From the NCBI GenBank assembly GCA_035084275.1, contig CM068748.1, positions 6,324,001-6,388,000 of the forward strand: 64,000 nt of DNA, given 5' to 3'. The notes beneath the pieces are model-generated. The model saw nothing but the letters and a program-made list of their open reading frames with translations, did no database searches and was not told the DNA's origin. Shown here piece by piece: positions 15,146 to 28,270 of the stretch (positions are counted from its first letter, which is position 1; every line of letters starts with the position of its first letter). Source of the stretch: Hydrolagus colliei. Its lineage: Eukaryota. The position numbers and the translations under genes were made by a program.

Positions 15146-15448
15146 AATAATAATAATAATCCTTGCATTTGATATAGCACTTTTGATGTCTTCTAGACGT
15201 CTCAAAGCGATTCACAGAATATACGGTAAAGTGAACTGACTGTATATTTTGTGGGCAGCCAATTGGACACAGCAATGTCCCACAAACAGTCATAGATTGA
15301 GTGACCAAATTATTATTCATTTTATTTTAGGGATTATTATTAAGCATGTCGAGTAAGCAAACCTGCTCAAGGTTTCGCCCTGCCTGGAATCAAACCCTGG
15401 GCTCTCGCTTGCGAGGCGAATGCTGTATCCGCTGAGCTACAGAAATTC
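15146..15448 (-). mobile_element. tRNA-derived SINE, full length
   Basis: Colinear with the copies at 13166 and 51606. Confidence 0.88.
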
Positions 15449-16999
15449 TCTCATTCTGCCCTTGCAAATCAAGCAATGTTTTTCTTGTCTTTGCATGTGA
15501 ATGTTGCGATAAATGATTACATTCTTTTTGCTGCCATCAAAATCTAAATTTAAAAAATATATTTGTTAAAGCTACATGGAACAGTAGAAATTTGTGGCAT
15601 TTTTATCATTGATGCTCTGCTGTCGTACGTACTGCAAATGAATGATTTCAACACAGAGAAATTTTTATCTTCTATTAGTAGCTGTTGTGACAGAGTGTCA
15701 AAGCATCCTCATTGCTGTTGAAAATCGTTCATATTACTTGTCATGTTGAAAAAGAAGTACGTTGGATTAGGTATTTTCAATTTGCCGCATGAACATGCAG
15801 ATGAAACAATGTCTAATTAGAAATAAGCTTGAAAACAAAAGTTAAAACTTGTATATTCATGTTAGCATGAATCAATGTGAAAAGCTATACTTGTGATTGG
15901 TGTGAGGATCTACAAACATTTGCCATTAAATTATTGCTGATTATTGAAGGGACAGATGTTATTTTCCTACTGAACACAACGACATTCAAACTTGCACCGT
16001 TGCATTCCAGTATGGTTGCAACTATCTGCGTTTTCCTTCTGATATCTGCAGCACCACATAAACAAATGGGAACATAGATAAATCAACATCATCTGGTGTC
16101 AGGCATTCCAGAACTTATCCATTGTACCCAGGTGGTATGGATGAAGATGGATACAGACAGTGAATCTGAAGTGATGCAGAATTAGGTTAATTGGATAAAT
16201 TGGACCCAGTTCACAAGCTTAAAGTTCAGGTACACGTCCTTTGAAACAAATAGTGGTGTGCAAACATGGAAACAAAATGTTCCCCTCTGTATGTATGTTG
16301 CCATTTTCATTACTGACCTGTTATCGTGGCAGTTGATTGGCAAGCAGCTGACATTTGTGGCTGAAGCCACACAAGAAAAGTCAATTTAAACTACATTTTT
16401 ATATTTTCTAAAATAAAATGGGCCATCTGGCAGCCTCCAGGGGATATGAGATTCCTGGCAGCCAATTGAAAAATTGCATCTGTTTCTCTGGCAGTTTTGT
16501 GTTGGACTTTCTCTCGAGTAGTACTGTAGTTGGATTTGTGGATATGTCAGTGATATAAATGCAAACGATTATAGGTGTGATCAAACCAATCAACTGTCTG
16601 GTTGGGGAAGGGGAGATTAATTCACTAAACACTAGTGAATTAGTGTTTAGAATTAAACACATTAATTCATTAATTCACTATATCTTAAATTGGAAAAGTA
16701 TTCAGGAGGAAAATACCAACACAATGATTTTAGCAATGCACAACTATATCAGAAAATCTCAATACCGCCTAATTTGACTAATATCGCCAGAGGAAAACGT
16801 GCAATTCTCATTGGAATTTCCCCCTAGGATTGTGTAATACAAGTCGTTAATAATTTTTTAAAAACTTTTTTAAGCTTTATTTATGCTTCAGTAATTCTCA
16901 GCATGACACAGAACTAACATCAATTAGCATTGGAACAAAAAATACTGTTGAAGAATGGGAACCATTCTGAAACAGTATTTTTTGTTTTAAAAGAGATAG

Positions 17000-17054
17000 T
17001 CTGCACAATTACTCAATTACTTTAGAATCTAAAATAATTGAGTAATTGTGTAGA
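17000..17054. repeat. Near-perfect 55-bp palindrome
   Basis: 27-bp arms with 2 mismatches around a single central base. Confidence 0.9.
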
Positions 17055-17985
17055 GTATTTCTAATTTTGTCTAATATCTAATTTAGATGTTGTAGCATAG
17101 CAGCAGGGAATTACACATAAACTCTGCTCCTCACTAGGTGTGAATGCCATTATCAAATTGGCATTCTTGTGATATATGCTGTCTGATTCAGAATGTGGTC
17201 TGAATGATTATTCAGTTACACCTAATACTGAGTCATTTTTGCCTGTTGTGACATGGGCCATGGAAAGAGCCTATTGTTGTGGGAAACTGTGGTTAAGTCT
17301 TTTGTTGTGACTGTACTGCTCTGCAGTTGGATGCTTCCTGTTTCAGGGATAGCTTAGTCAATATGGGACATTTAAAAGAAAATTAGGCAAGCACATGCAA
17401 AGGAAAGATATTGGAGAGCATGGGAAACTTAGTTTGTGATGGATGGCTCCTTGCAGAAGCAAAATCTGACACAAACAAAGGGATTAATGGCATTGTGTCA
17501 TACATTTCTATGTATTTTATATTATGGGGAAGAGGGAATAGAACTAAATGGAGAGATCTTACAGAGTCATCAACACCACAATGGGCTGATTGTCCTTCCT
17601 CTGTGTTATACGTTTCTATAGTGCAAGGTTAACCCAACCTGTAAATATTCCTTGTGGGTTGTTGACCCAATATGTAAAGTAGACTTCGAGTACCTTGCTC
17701 AGTTTAAAAAATGACAGTTTTGGTTGCTACAGGCAGGTGGCAGTGACTGATGTACATCTTCTAAATAATTCAACAAAGTTAGAAACCAGCGAAACAAAAT
17801 CCAGCATTGGTTACAGGAGTCGAAATGCTGCATTATTCACCATGAAATCTTCAGCTTTTCTGATATTCTCATATCACCATGATAACTCATAACTATGTCT
17901 AATGAAGCCCTCCCAAGAGTTGGCATAGTTCAAGAAAGTTCAGAACAAGCAAAATCCAACAAAATACAAAAGATTTGAAGAAGTA

Positions 17986-18677
17986 CCGTATATCTCCGCT
18001 TATAAGGCGCACCCGCGTATAAGGCACACCCCCCACTTTTTACCTTTTCTTGGTGAAAAAAAACGGAAGCATTTTCAATGATATTGCCGGCAGAAGGGAG
18101 GAGAGACAGGTAGGTAGGGAGAGAGAGCCGGAGAGAGGCACGCAGGCAGGCAGCGTGGGAGAGAGAGAGGGAGAGAGGCANNNNNNNNNNNNNNNNNNNN
18201 NNNNNNNNNNNNNNNNNNNNNNNNNNNNNNNNNNNNNNNNNNNNNNNNNNNNNNNNNNNNNNNNNNNNNNNNNNNNNNNNNNNNNNNNNNNNNNNNNNNN
18301 NNNNNNNNGGGAGAGAGAGAGGGAGAGAGGCAGGCAGGCACGCAGGCAGGGAGAGAGGCAGGGAGAGAGGCAGGCAGGCAGGGAGAGAGAGCGGCAGGGA
18401 GTGAGGCAGGCAGACTGGGCTCGGCAAAAGGTAAACACAGCACTGAAGTCCGCTGCTGCTGCCGCTGCCCAGGCGGCCGAGGCCGAAGCCCCGTCACCCG
18501 CTCCTCCCAACCCCCGCCGGACACTGACCAAACCCCGGCTGACAGCGCGCCGGCCGCCCCTCCTGTTTACTGTATTTCCGAGGCTCAACATTTCTTGTAC
18601 CTGCATATAGGCGCACCCCCAACTTTCGAGATCTTCCGACCTGCAAAAAAGTGCGCCTTATACGCGGAGATATACGG
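17986..18677. mobile_element. Tc1/mariner-superfamily (Tc2-like) non-autonomous MITE
   Basis: 27-bp TIRs CCGTATATCTCCGC(T/G)TATAAGGCGCAC with 1 mismatch; TA on both sides (17984-85, 18678-79); subterminal ATAAGGCGCACCC repeats; GC-rich interior. Confidence 0.9.
18095..18415 (+). repeat. Purine-rich GAGA/GGCA compound tandem repeat containing a 128-N assembly gap (18181-18308)
   Basis: Direct reading; explains the low-complexity ORFs at 17930-18610. Confidence 0.9.
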
Positions 18678-18863
18678 TATTTATTTATATATTGTTTTGA
18701 AAAATTAAATGCCAAAACAGATCAAATGTTTTATAATGCATCTGAAAACAACTTAATTATGTTTAAAGTTAGCGTTTTACTCAATTTCATTAAAAGCACT
18801 ATTTGAAGCTCTAGATCTTATTAAATTTCGGTAATTTTATTATAGCTTGGATATGTTACTCAC

Positions 18864-18996
18864 CTTCTAAATCCTCCAGTTAAAGTCACGGTGGCAGTAG
18901 GTACACATTTGTGGACAATATTTTCTATAATTTGGCCCACAGCATTTGCTTCTGCCTTGCGTACACAGCTATTGATGTCTTCAGAGTACATCAAGC
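18864..18996 (-). CDS. DNTT: DNTT exon 7: (G)LMYSEDINSCVRKAEANAVGQIIENIVHKCVPTATVTLTGGFR(R)
   Basis: TTCCCTCAG| acceptor, AAG|GTGAGT donor, 133 nt; TGGFRR nucleotide-binding motif. Confidence 0.97.
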
Positions 18997-19124
18997 CTGA
19001 GGGAACAAAAGTATTGTTAATCGCATTGGTGTTCATTTAAATTTGGAAAAATAAATCTGAGTGAAACACAAAACACTCAACATTAAGTTTTACAGCACCC
19101 ATTAAAGTTTAACAGTTTGGTGGA

Positions 19125-19530
19125 CAGGGCAGGGTGCGGGACATAGAGCAGGCCAGTGCCTGCCGAATTTAGGGAGTGGACAGGTTGGTAACATTTTAGT
19201 AGGTCCCAGAGGTATGAAGGAGCAAGACCATGGAGGGCTTTATAAGCGAAGATGAGAATCTTGGTGGATGCGAAGCAAGTGGAGCCGGGCAAGGAATGGG
19301 GTTATCGGCTCATGAACCTAGCGCAGGAGAGGACGCAAGTGGCAGAGTTCTGAATCCTGTAGCTTGTGGAGGGATGAGTTGGGAGGTCCGGCGAGGAGGG
19401 AGTTAGCACAGTCAAATCTGGACATATTGAATCCACGAATGAGGGTCTCGGCGGCAGGAGGTGACAGTTGGCTCGAGGCAAGCAAAAGACACCAAGGTTC
19501 ATAACAGGATCGGTGAGGTGCAGAATGCAT
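19125..19530 (-). mobile_element. L2 LINE ORF2 C-terminal fragment
   Basis: Translates as LSPPAAETLIRGFNMSRFDCANSLLAGPPNSSLHKLQ, matching the L2 pattern AETLIHAFV.SRLDYCNSLL.GLP...L.KLQ. Confidence 0.85.
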
Positions 19531-19865
19531 CTATCTATGATGATGTTGTCAGGGCCTGAGGTGAGGTATTCATCTTCAGTCAAGTTTAACATGTTCTCAC
19601 ACTCCCACCCCGCCATCCTTGTTCTTCAATATCTTCTATGTTGCTGAATGAGGTGGGAATAAAGCTTTGGTTATTTTGTATCATTGGGTGCTTCATATTC
19701 TATGTTGGTTCAATACCTGGGTACCTGGATTCTAGATAGCATTCTCAAGATTATGTCAGTCAACCTCAACTGCTTGTGGGCGCTGCTGTGCGCAATTGGC
19801 TGCCGAGGTTCACCCACAAAATTTACAGTCAATTCATTTATAGTATATTCTGGGGAAGCGCTTCC

Positions 19866-20212
19866 CTACCAAACTGCCCACTCCCTACGTTCAGCGGGCT
19901 CCGGTCTGCTCCATGTCTCCTGCCTGGCCCACCCTACCATCGGAGGCCAGGCATTCAGCTTCTCTGCCCCCACACACTGGAACTCGATCCCACAATCTCT
20001 CCACCTCGCTTTCTCCCTTGCCTCCTTCAAGGCCTATCTCAAGACCCTCCTTTTCGACCGTGCCTTCAGTTGCCCTCCCACCTCTGCCTCCCCAAACCGC
20101 TACTCCACCCCTCCCCCTTACTCGGGTCCCGACCCCTGACTGTTCAGCACCTTGGGGCATCCTCCCGACATAAAAGGCACTATATAAATGTAATTTTGTT
20201 GTTGTTGTTTTA
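19866..20212 (+). mobile_element. L2 LINE 3' end
   Basis: LRS...SF.APTHWNSIP...FKAYLKTLLF pattern, pyrimidine-rich 3' UTR, stem-loop and (TTG)n tail. Confidence 0.87.
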
Positions 20213-20459
20213 TTATGTTAATAGCAATATTCCTGCAACATTTAGAACCACAACTATTTCTTAAGACTTCTCCCACAGAGAGTAATTTAGCAATGACAGC
20301 AGCTATTCGATAGTGAGTCCATGTGTGAATCACAGAAAAAATGTTCTCAGTGAGAAAACCCCTCAGTGAGAAAGCTAATGCCCCTCAGAGAGAAAGCTAA
20401 AAAGGTCAACTTGATCCAGGCTGTGATATAATCGAATTCAAGATCCGTGTTCTCACTTT

Positions 20460-20869
20460 CACGGCCTTGCCCCCGCCTATTTCTCTGACCTACTCTCCCC
20501 CTATCAGCCTGCCCACACCCTCCGTTCAGCAGACTCAGGTCTGCTCCGCGTCCACTGCCCTAACCGCCCAACCATCGGCGGCCGGGCTTTCAGCCTCTCT
20601 GCTCCCACACTGTGGAACTCCATCCCGCAGCCCCTCCTCTGCCTTTCTTCCTCCCTTTCCTCCTTCAAGGCCGATCTCAATACCTTCCTCTTCGACCATG
20701 CTTTCAGCTGCCCCAACAACTCTTCCCCCTTTCCTACTCTCCTTCCCCTCCCCCTCTACCCCGACCCTCCACTTCCCGCTCGGGTCCCGACCTGACTGTT
20801 CAGCAATTTGGGACGTCTTCCCAATGTGAAAGACACTATATAGGTGCAATTTTGTTTTTGTTGTTGTTG
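20460..20869 (+). mobile_element. L2 LINE 3' end
   Basis: Colinear with 19866-20212. Confidence 0.87.
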
Positions 20870-21700
20870 ATATAAATAAAGAACAGCAAGAGCAGAACTT
20901 ATGTGAAACGTATCATTTGACCAAGGCCCCTTAAAGGTTAAGTTCTTTGAAGGTGTAACATTGGCAACTTTTCTGTTCAGCTTGCCTGCTGCCTTGGATC
21001 CTACACTTTGCTGTGATGATACCTCGTCGGAACAGCCTGAAGAAATACTTTGATATTCCTCTTTTGGTTTTGTTGTCAAGGGATATAATCACAATGAAAA
21101 TATTGCTATACATCCTTAAAAATAACACTGTTTTTCTGTATTTTCAGAAATTTTTAAATTGACCTTGTGAACAAACCAATCAAAATACCAAAAAGCTAAG
21201 CAATCTTTGCAAAATATCAAGACACATGCATCAAATAACTATCCACGATAAAAAGCAAGACTTCAAAGGATTTGCCTATAACGATCCAGCAAAATCTGAA
21301 TGATTCTGTTGTCCTAAATAATGGAATGTATTATACTGTTTGTAAGGTAATTATTCTTCTTAATTATTATCGTGCAACGATAATAATCAAATCAATTTGT
21401 TAAAATTGTGCGCAAAATATGTTCGTTATGCAGTAACCACAGAATGTTCATTCAGAAAATAAAGTTATAACCATGTATAGCATTGAGAGATAACCCGTAG
21501 TAAAAGGCTTCCCACAAATAAATGTTTTTCAGTCCACAACCAACCTTTGCTTTGTACTGCAATCTGATTATGTATCTTCTGAGGAGTGGAGCCTCAGTAC
21601 AAAGTGAAGCAATATAAATAGAATAATTTTACTCTGACAAAACAATTGGAGTCAATCAAGCACTATTAGTAGAACCAACATTTCTAATATTCTTATATCA

Positions 21701-21841
<141 letters not shown>

Positions 21842-22901
21842 CTAACAAAAAAAATATATGCTTAGTGTTGTTGGTTGAGACTCCTATTCCTAAGTATTTT
21901 GCACTTTCGTTCACTTACCATGGAAAGGCTATTATCACCTGAAAGACGTTGCAATGCCAAGTAGCAATACCATTTAACTTTGTGATGAGATTAATGGTAG
22001 AGGGTTTATTCTCCTGCTTACTACATTTTGCAATAAATCCCAATAGGAGCTATGAGATGTCCTCCTGATGTGAAAGGCACAATATCAATGCAAAGATTGT
22101 GAGTATTATAATAATGATAATCCTTGCATTTCATATCTTCTAGACGCCTCAAAGTGCTTCACAGAGTACAGAATACTGTAATTGTGAAGAAGCTTCAATG
22201 CGCCTTTTTGCAGTTTTGAGATTTTGAAGGAATCGTTAAAAACCTTTCCAGGTAAATTGTTTACTACAGTGAAGCAAGCAAATGCAAGTTAACCATCAAA
22301 AAGAGTTTGGTAGACCTTTTTATAACAAGGATAGTATTTGTGTAGAATGACTGAGTGAAAGAATGAAAAATAATGAGAAAGTAGCTAAGTTTGAGAACAA
22401 TCCAAATTGGATACCCGTTGATCTTTCATGATCTTTCATGTTATTATTTTCTTAATTCTCCTGTTGCTGTGTTAAGCAGCATGACCACACCATATTCTTT
22501 AATGTTATTCATATTTTGTGTGTAAACACTGCTTCGTGAATCCTAATTAAAAATGTTGGCTTCCATGATGTTATACCATTTATGTTTTGAAAAAATTATA
22601 TTAACCTTTTCACTTCATGTGCTAAACTAAATTCCAAGTTTTTTCTATATTTGTATGTAAATTAATTTTGTTGATACCAGATTTTTTTTTACAAAATCAC
22701 AAAGCACAGATCTTTTATTGACAAAGTATTCTCAAAGGCAATGATGGGAGTATTGATTCACATATTTTGCTCTGGAACTCTTACATAATATTTATATATA
22801 GTGATGTGAAAACCTAGGAAGAAAACAAGGGATTAGATGTTTCCCCAGATATCATAAACGTGGAGGAATCTATCGGCTAGTCACCAAGCATATGTGCTTA
22901 C

Positions 22902-22973
22902 CTTTGTTGCTTTGTATCGTTCATCACAGAGCAAACTCTCAACTTTAGAGGATGTGCCATCTTCCAAGATTCC
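22902..22973 (-). CDS. DNTT: DNTT exon 5: GILEDGTSSKVESLLCDERYKATK
   Basis: TTTTACATAG| acceptor, AAG|GTAAGC donor, 72 nt. Confidence 0.95.
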
Positions 22974-23651
22974 CTATGTAAAAGTGTAAAATAAATGTTA
23001 TGGTGCAGAAACCTTTCAAACTTTGTTGGCAGTTAAAAATTCACAATTTGTCAACATTTAATAACATGTGCTTTCCTATTTCAAAACAGCATGTATATTA
23101 GAGAGAGAAAAGATAGCATGTGACGTCATATATTGTATTCCCTCCTCCACATTTCTATTTAATCTCGAAGTTAAGGGTTATATACTGTATAATTATTGAT
23201 GAACGGTAGTTATAAATGCATCATCCCTTCATTAGGGTATAATTTACAGCCTAAATTAATCCTTGCACCAATAACACATGCCAGGGCAAAAACCTCAATC
23301 TTTTAGATATGAACTTTTCTCCCTAAAAGCAATATTTTAAAATACGGATTAAGTTAATCATACTGTGAAATTTCTCTTGCTACTCAGTCTAGCGAGAATG
23401 ATAATGAGCACTTGTGGGAATTAAATCAATGCTATAAGGAAATTCTGATTCTATTTTGTTACTGTACAAAACTGTATAAAGTAGTCTCACAACTATATGA
23501 CTGCCAGGATCAGTATTCAGAACTTTCCATTTAACTTGCATGAGTTGTTTTAGCCTTACTGCTGGATACCAGAAGGTCCCACAAAATCATTCCATAACTA
23601 AGAATTTATGGTTGAAATCTCTGAAAAAGTCTGTTTTATTTCCAGTTTCAC

Positions 23652-23822
23652 CTCAATTATAACTCTAGTTCGGACTTCCATGTTGGGTAATCCCTCTAAC
23701 ATGTTCATACTGCTGATGGTATAAGGAAGAGATTTCAGCACCGATGTTGCTCTTGCAAAAACCACATAGGATTGTTCATCTTCATTGAACTCACAGTTTT
23801 CTGCTAATATCTCCAATGCATC
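23652..23822 (-). CDS. DNTT: DNTT exon 4 (8-kDa domain): DALEILAENCEFNEDEQSYVVFARATSVLKSLPYTISSMNMLEGLPNMEVRTRVIIE
   Basis: CCTGCAG| acceptor, GAG|GTGAAA donor, 171 nt. Confidence 0.96.
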
Positions 23823-25974
23823 CTGCAGGAAACATCAATAGCATTAGCAATGTCAGCATACAAATGTTAAAATATCAACAAATATGTATAGCAGACTCTG
23901 ACCAATATTCTAAACACAAATGATTTTGAAGTGAGAAGGCATTGATTTTAATGGGTCTTTTGACATTATTAGTATTTCATCTCCCCCTGTTGATTATTAA
24001 GAATATAATAATAATCCTTGCTTTTTTTACATAAAAGAAAATGACTTCCATATCCTAAGAACATAAATACAGAAATAGACCTGTGTAATACCAATAGTGC
24101 TTCAATGTGATAAAAGTACAGTACATTATTAGGACAAGATTAATTTGTAAGACCTGAGCTCTGACTTGAAATCTCACTGCTTGGCTAATACTATAACGAG
24201 GGGATTTCACAATGCTTGATGTGCAGTGATGGATACAGATTGTGAGATCCCATGCGATGGCTACTGTGATCACCAAGAACATCATCCTCAACTGCAATGT
24301 TAATTGCTGCCACCATGAGCACAACTCTCTGACTTACCTATTGCAGGGTACAATATGTTACATGACCCAACTATCCATGTTTAATAGGTATGCCAAGATT
24401 ACTGGCATCAATGAAGCACTTAATATCAAAGCTAATGTGAGTTATTTCCTCCATTTGTGATAATCGGTGTATTTGATTATACATGTCAGAAGTGTATTAG
24501 GGAGTTCACATCCAGTAGTTACAAACTCTCAACCCAATTTGACATATAACATGACTAGAATCTAATATTATATTCTTTTGTACAGGTTCCAAATATTTGT
24601 CTTTATAAAATGGGCTCATTGAAAGAACAAGAGCAAAGGCATAATGCTATTAACTGCTTCTTTAGTTCATTGTATTTCTGCATACAGTATTGATGTTATT
24701 TCTCATGTTCAGCATTTCCTTCTCTGATTCTCTTTTTTTTACTGGCAATTTCAGAAAATGCAAGGAATATATTTATAATATAATATCTCATTTGCATTTC
24801 TTTCCAGTTCCACAAAAGATTTGAAAAACAGAAGAGAGTTTCCGCTATATCTTGGCCAACAGTCGCACAGATAAAATTAATGATTCATTTCTTGTGCAAA
24901 TTGGCTGCCTTGTTTGCTTACAAACCACACAGTTCCTACACTTTTCAGTGTAGAAGGGGTATACCCTCCTGTCCCCACCCCCTTGCCTCTCACCCACCTC
25001 GATCCCGACCCCAGCTCAGGTCCAAAACACCGACTGTCCAGTGCTATATAAATGTAACTTTGCTGTTGTTGTATAACTGTGAAATGCAAGACATGAAAGG
25101 TACTATTTCCAAAGCTAAGAATTTTATATATACACAATTAAAATAGTAAGCATACAGTATATGAGATTGAGGTAATTTGTTATAAAAAAAGGAATGAAAA
25201 AAAAATATCTTGTATAAGATATATTTATCAGGTTTAATTTCTGTGACTATCATATGTCTTAAATCAAGCACATTTACATCTATGATTAGAATGAATGTGC
25301 TTTGTTGGGAGTTTAATTTATTTCAATTATTTATTAGTATTAATTATTTATTAGTTACTGTCCTTCACTTTGAGGGAAGGATTAATAGAATATCAATTTT
25401 TAATTCAATTATTGATTCATAACTATGCAAATCATGTTGGAACTACTGTACTGTAAAATGCTCTTGCATCATCTGTGTGGATATTTTGAATAACACAGTT
25501 TGCATTTGTAGGTTTCAGTTTATCTGTTAATTTCCAGTTCCACATAATGCATGTAGCTTTGAACTAACAGCTCTATTGCCCTTCACCACTCACAACCTCT
25601 ACCTAACCCCACTATCTCTTGCAATCTTACAAAGTATTGGTCGTTGCTGCAGTTTATCTTCATTGACTTTTCGTGATTAGTCTTTTGTCTCAGACAGTCC
25701 CTTCAGATTCAATGGCCAATTATTCTTTACTTCCTATGGTTTTTTCCTTAAAGTCAAAATGTCATTAATCATTCCCAGAAAAGATCACAACAAAGACAAG
25801 TTGAATACAGCATTGCCTGAGGAGTCAACAATAACAAAACTGTTGTGAAATGGTTACTCTAAAATTTTGCAGTTAATATGTTCGCTAAATATGCACGCAA
25901 TTATGAACATCTAATCCAGATATTTTCTACTCAGGCCTAAAAACTATTAATGATAACCTTATTCCAATATTGTA

Positions 25975-26660
25975 GAGCTCCTGTAGCTCAGTGGTTAGAG
26001 CGTTTGCTCCTCACCCTTGTTTTCAAGTCCCTCCACTCCTCTGCACCCCCTACCTCTCTGATCTCCTCTTTCCCCAAACCAGCACCCGCTGCCTTCACTC
26101 TACCAGGTCTGGCCTCCTCCATGTCCCCCGAATCCTCCACTCCACCCTCGGCAGCCGTGCCTTCAGCCACTATGCCCCAAGGTTCTGGAACTCCCTTCCT
26201 CACTCCCTTCGCCTCGCCCCCTCCCTTCCCAGCTTCAGGTCTCTTCAACCACGCTTTTGGTCACCTTTCTACCCCTGCTTCTGGCGTGATCCCAGGATCC
26301 GCTATTGTGAAGCACTCTGAGACGCCGTCTGGCATGGAGGGCGCTATATAAATCAAAATTGTTGTTGTTGTTACAAGCGTGAGACCTATGTTCAACTTGA
26401 GGCTGATCAGGGTGAAACCTTGGGAAAGTTTCCTTACTCCACTTGCCTAATAATAATCCCTCCAAAAAAAACCACAATAATAAAATTGGTCATTTTCGAT
26501 CCACGACTGTTTGTGGGACACTGCAGTGCGCAATCGGCTGCTGCATTTCACCTATAAGTATACAGTCAATTCATTTTACAGTATATTCTGTGAAGCGCTT
26601 TGAGACGTCAATAAGATGTGAAAAGCGCTATATCAAATGCAAGAATTATTATTATTATAA
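25975..26660 (+). mobile_element. tRNA-derived SINE interrupted by an L2 3' fragment (26011-26371)
   Basis: SINE head stops at ...GCTCC and resumes at TACAAGCGTGAGACC after a (TTG)n-tailed L2 piece. Confidence 0.85.
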
Positions 26661-27957
26661 TCAAAATGAAAAGATCAACTCTTACATTAGAAACTTATCA
26701 ATTCTAACGGATCCATCACAGAAATAGATATTTCATTTTGAAAAATTGAGACTGTGATATAAGATGAGTGCTATTTAATTGAGATTGTAATAGAAGAAAC
26801 CATGCTGTGAGCTCATCGTGATATTTCTGTGACAAACGTCATCCAGATCAAAATAGGTCCTGAAGTAAACCGGTAAAAAGTGGAGAGAAAGGTTATTTTA
26901 AATTCCATTTTATCAAAATGAAGCAACCCCAGGAGAATAAAGCTCCATACAAGAAGCTGAAGATAGATATCCCCGACACCTCTGATCCCCAATAAAGGTC
27001 ACCATAATATTCACAGTCTTAAGCACATCAAACGGACACCATATTAACTTGCTCTCTCTTTCTCATTCTCTGTACATGGATGAATGACTCTTGACTTCAC
27101 AAAGTAAGTAGAGGCCTAGAACAGCCAACATAAGATACAGAGGGTGAATACACAAGGTACCTCTTATTCTGTGACTCATTTGAATTGACATAAGATAGAC
27201 TGCATAGGTTTACATGGAATTATGAATATACAATGACATTGTATCTCATAAGTTTGAATGAAGTATTTATGGGATTTATTTCATTGTGTGCAAATAAATA
27301 ACCTTTATGTCTCAATTTCTGTATTTATAACTGTTATAGAACTGTGATCAAACGCAGGCTCATTTATGAGAGTCACTATGTTACAAGCAATATGTAATGT
27401 TGGGGCAGTCAAATTCAGAATTTCTGGGCTTGCATCTGTAGGTTTATTGCTAACTCATTGATTCCAAGACACCAGAACAGCATCAATCTGAAATTGAAAG
27501 CGACCTCTGAACTTCTGTTGCAAGGTGAAATATCACTGCAGCCTAAGCAAGGCAGTTTTGTTTGCTCACATTGTCAAAAGCAGCAAGTCCAATTTTAAAT
27601 CCGGAGTGGAAATTTACATCTGTTGTCCCAAGCAAATTAAAAGATATCAGGGTAACAATTGCATCTGTATATCAACAACAACAACAACTTGCACTTAAAT
27701 GGCACTCTCCACGCAGGATAGCATCTCAAAGCACTTAACAATGACATACATGGAGTCTGATATACATCAGCAGAGTGTATGATATAATCTATCAAGTAAA
27801 GTAAGGTGATACTTTTGCATTGACATAAGAACTTCTTATGTTTGGGGGCAGTTTAAAAAAGAACTGTTCTCACCACAGAGACCTTAATTAGATCCATGTA
27901 TTCCCCAGGCTAACTTTTCTCCACAATTATGTGCTTTTATTCTCAGGTGAGAATAAT

Positions 27958-28270
27958 GTGGAGTCCTGTAGCTCAGTGTTTAGAGCACCCGCCTTACAAG
28001 TGAGTGACCTGGGTTCAATTCCAGGCAGGGGAAACCTTGGGATGTTTACTTACTCCACATGCCTGATCATAATCCATAATAAAAAACAATAATAAATTGG
28101 TCTTTCAATCCACGACTGTCTGTGGAGACAGTGCTGTGCGCAATTGGCTGCCACGTTTCATCCACATATATACAGTCAATTCATTTTACAGTATATTCTG
28201 TGAAGCGCTTTGAGACGTCTAGATGATATGAAAAGCGCTATATCAAATGCAAGGATTACCATTATTATTA
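27958..28270 (+). mobile_element. tRNA-derived SINE, full length
   Basis: A box TAGCTCAGTGT, B box GGTTCAATTCC, standard body and tail. Confidence 0.9.

Noticed and set aside
17930-18610. Four long overlapping ORFs (149-188 aa)
   Set aside because: Artefacts of the low-complexity repeat and N gap inside the MITE; no transposase motifs.
19684-20875. Cluster of 70-160 aa ORFs
   Set aside because: Alternative frames of degraded L2 3' ends.
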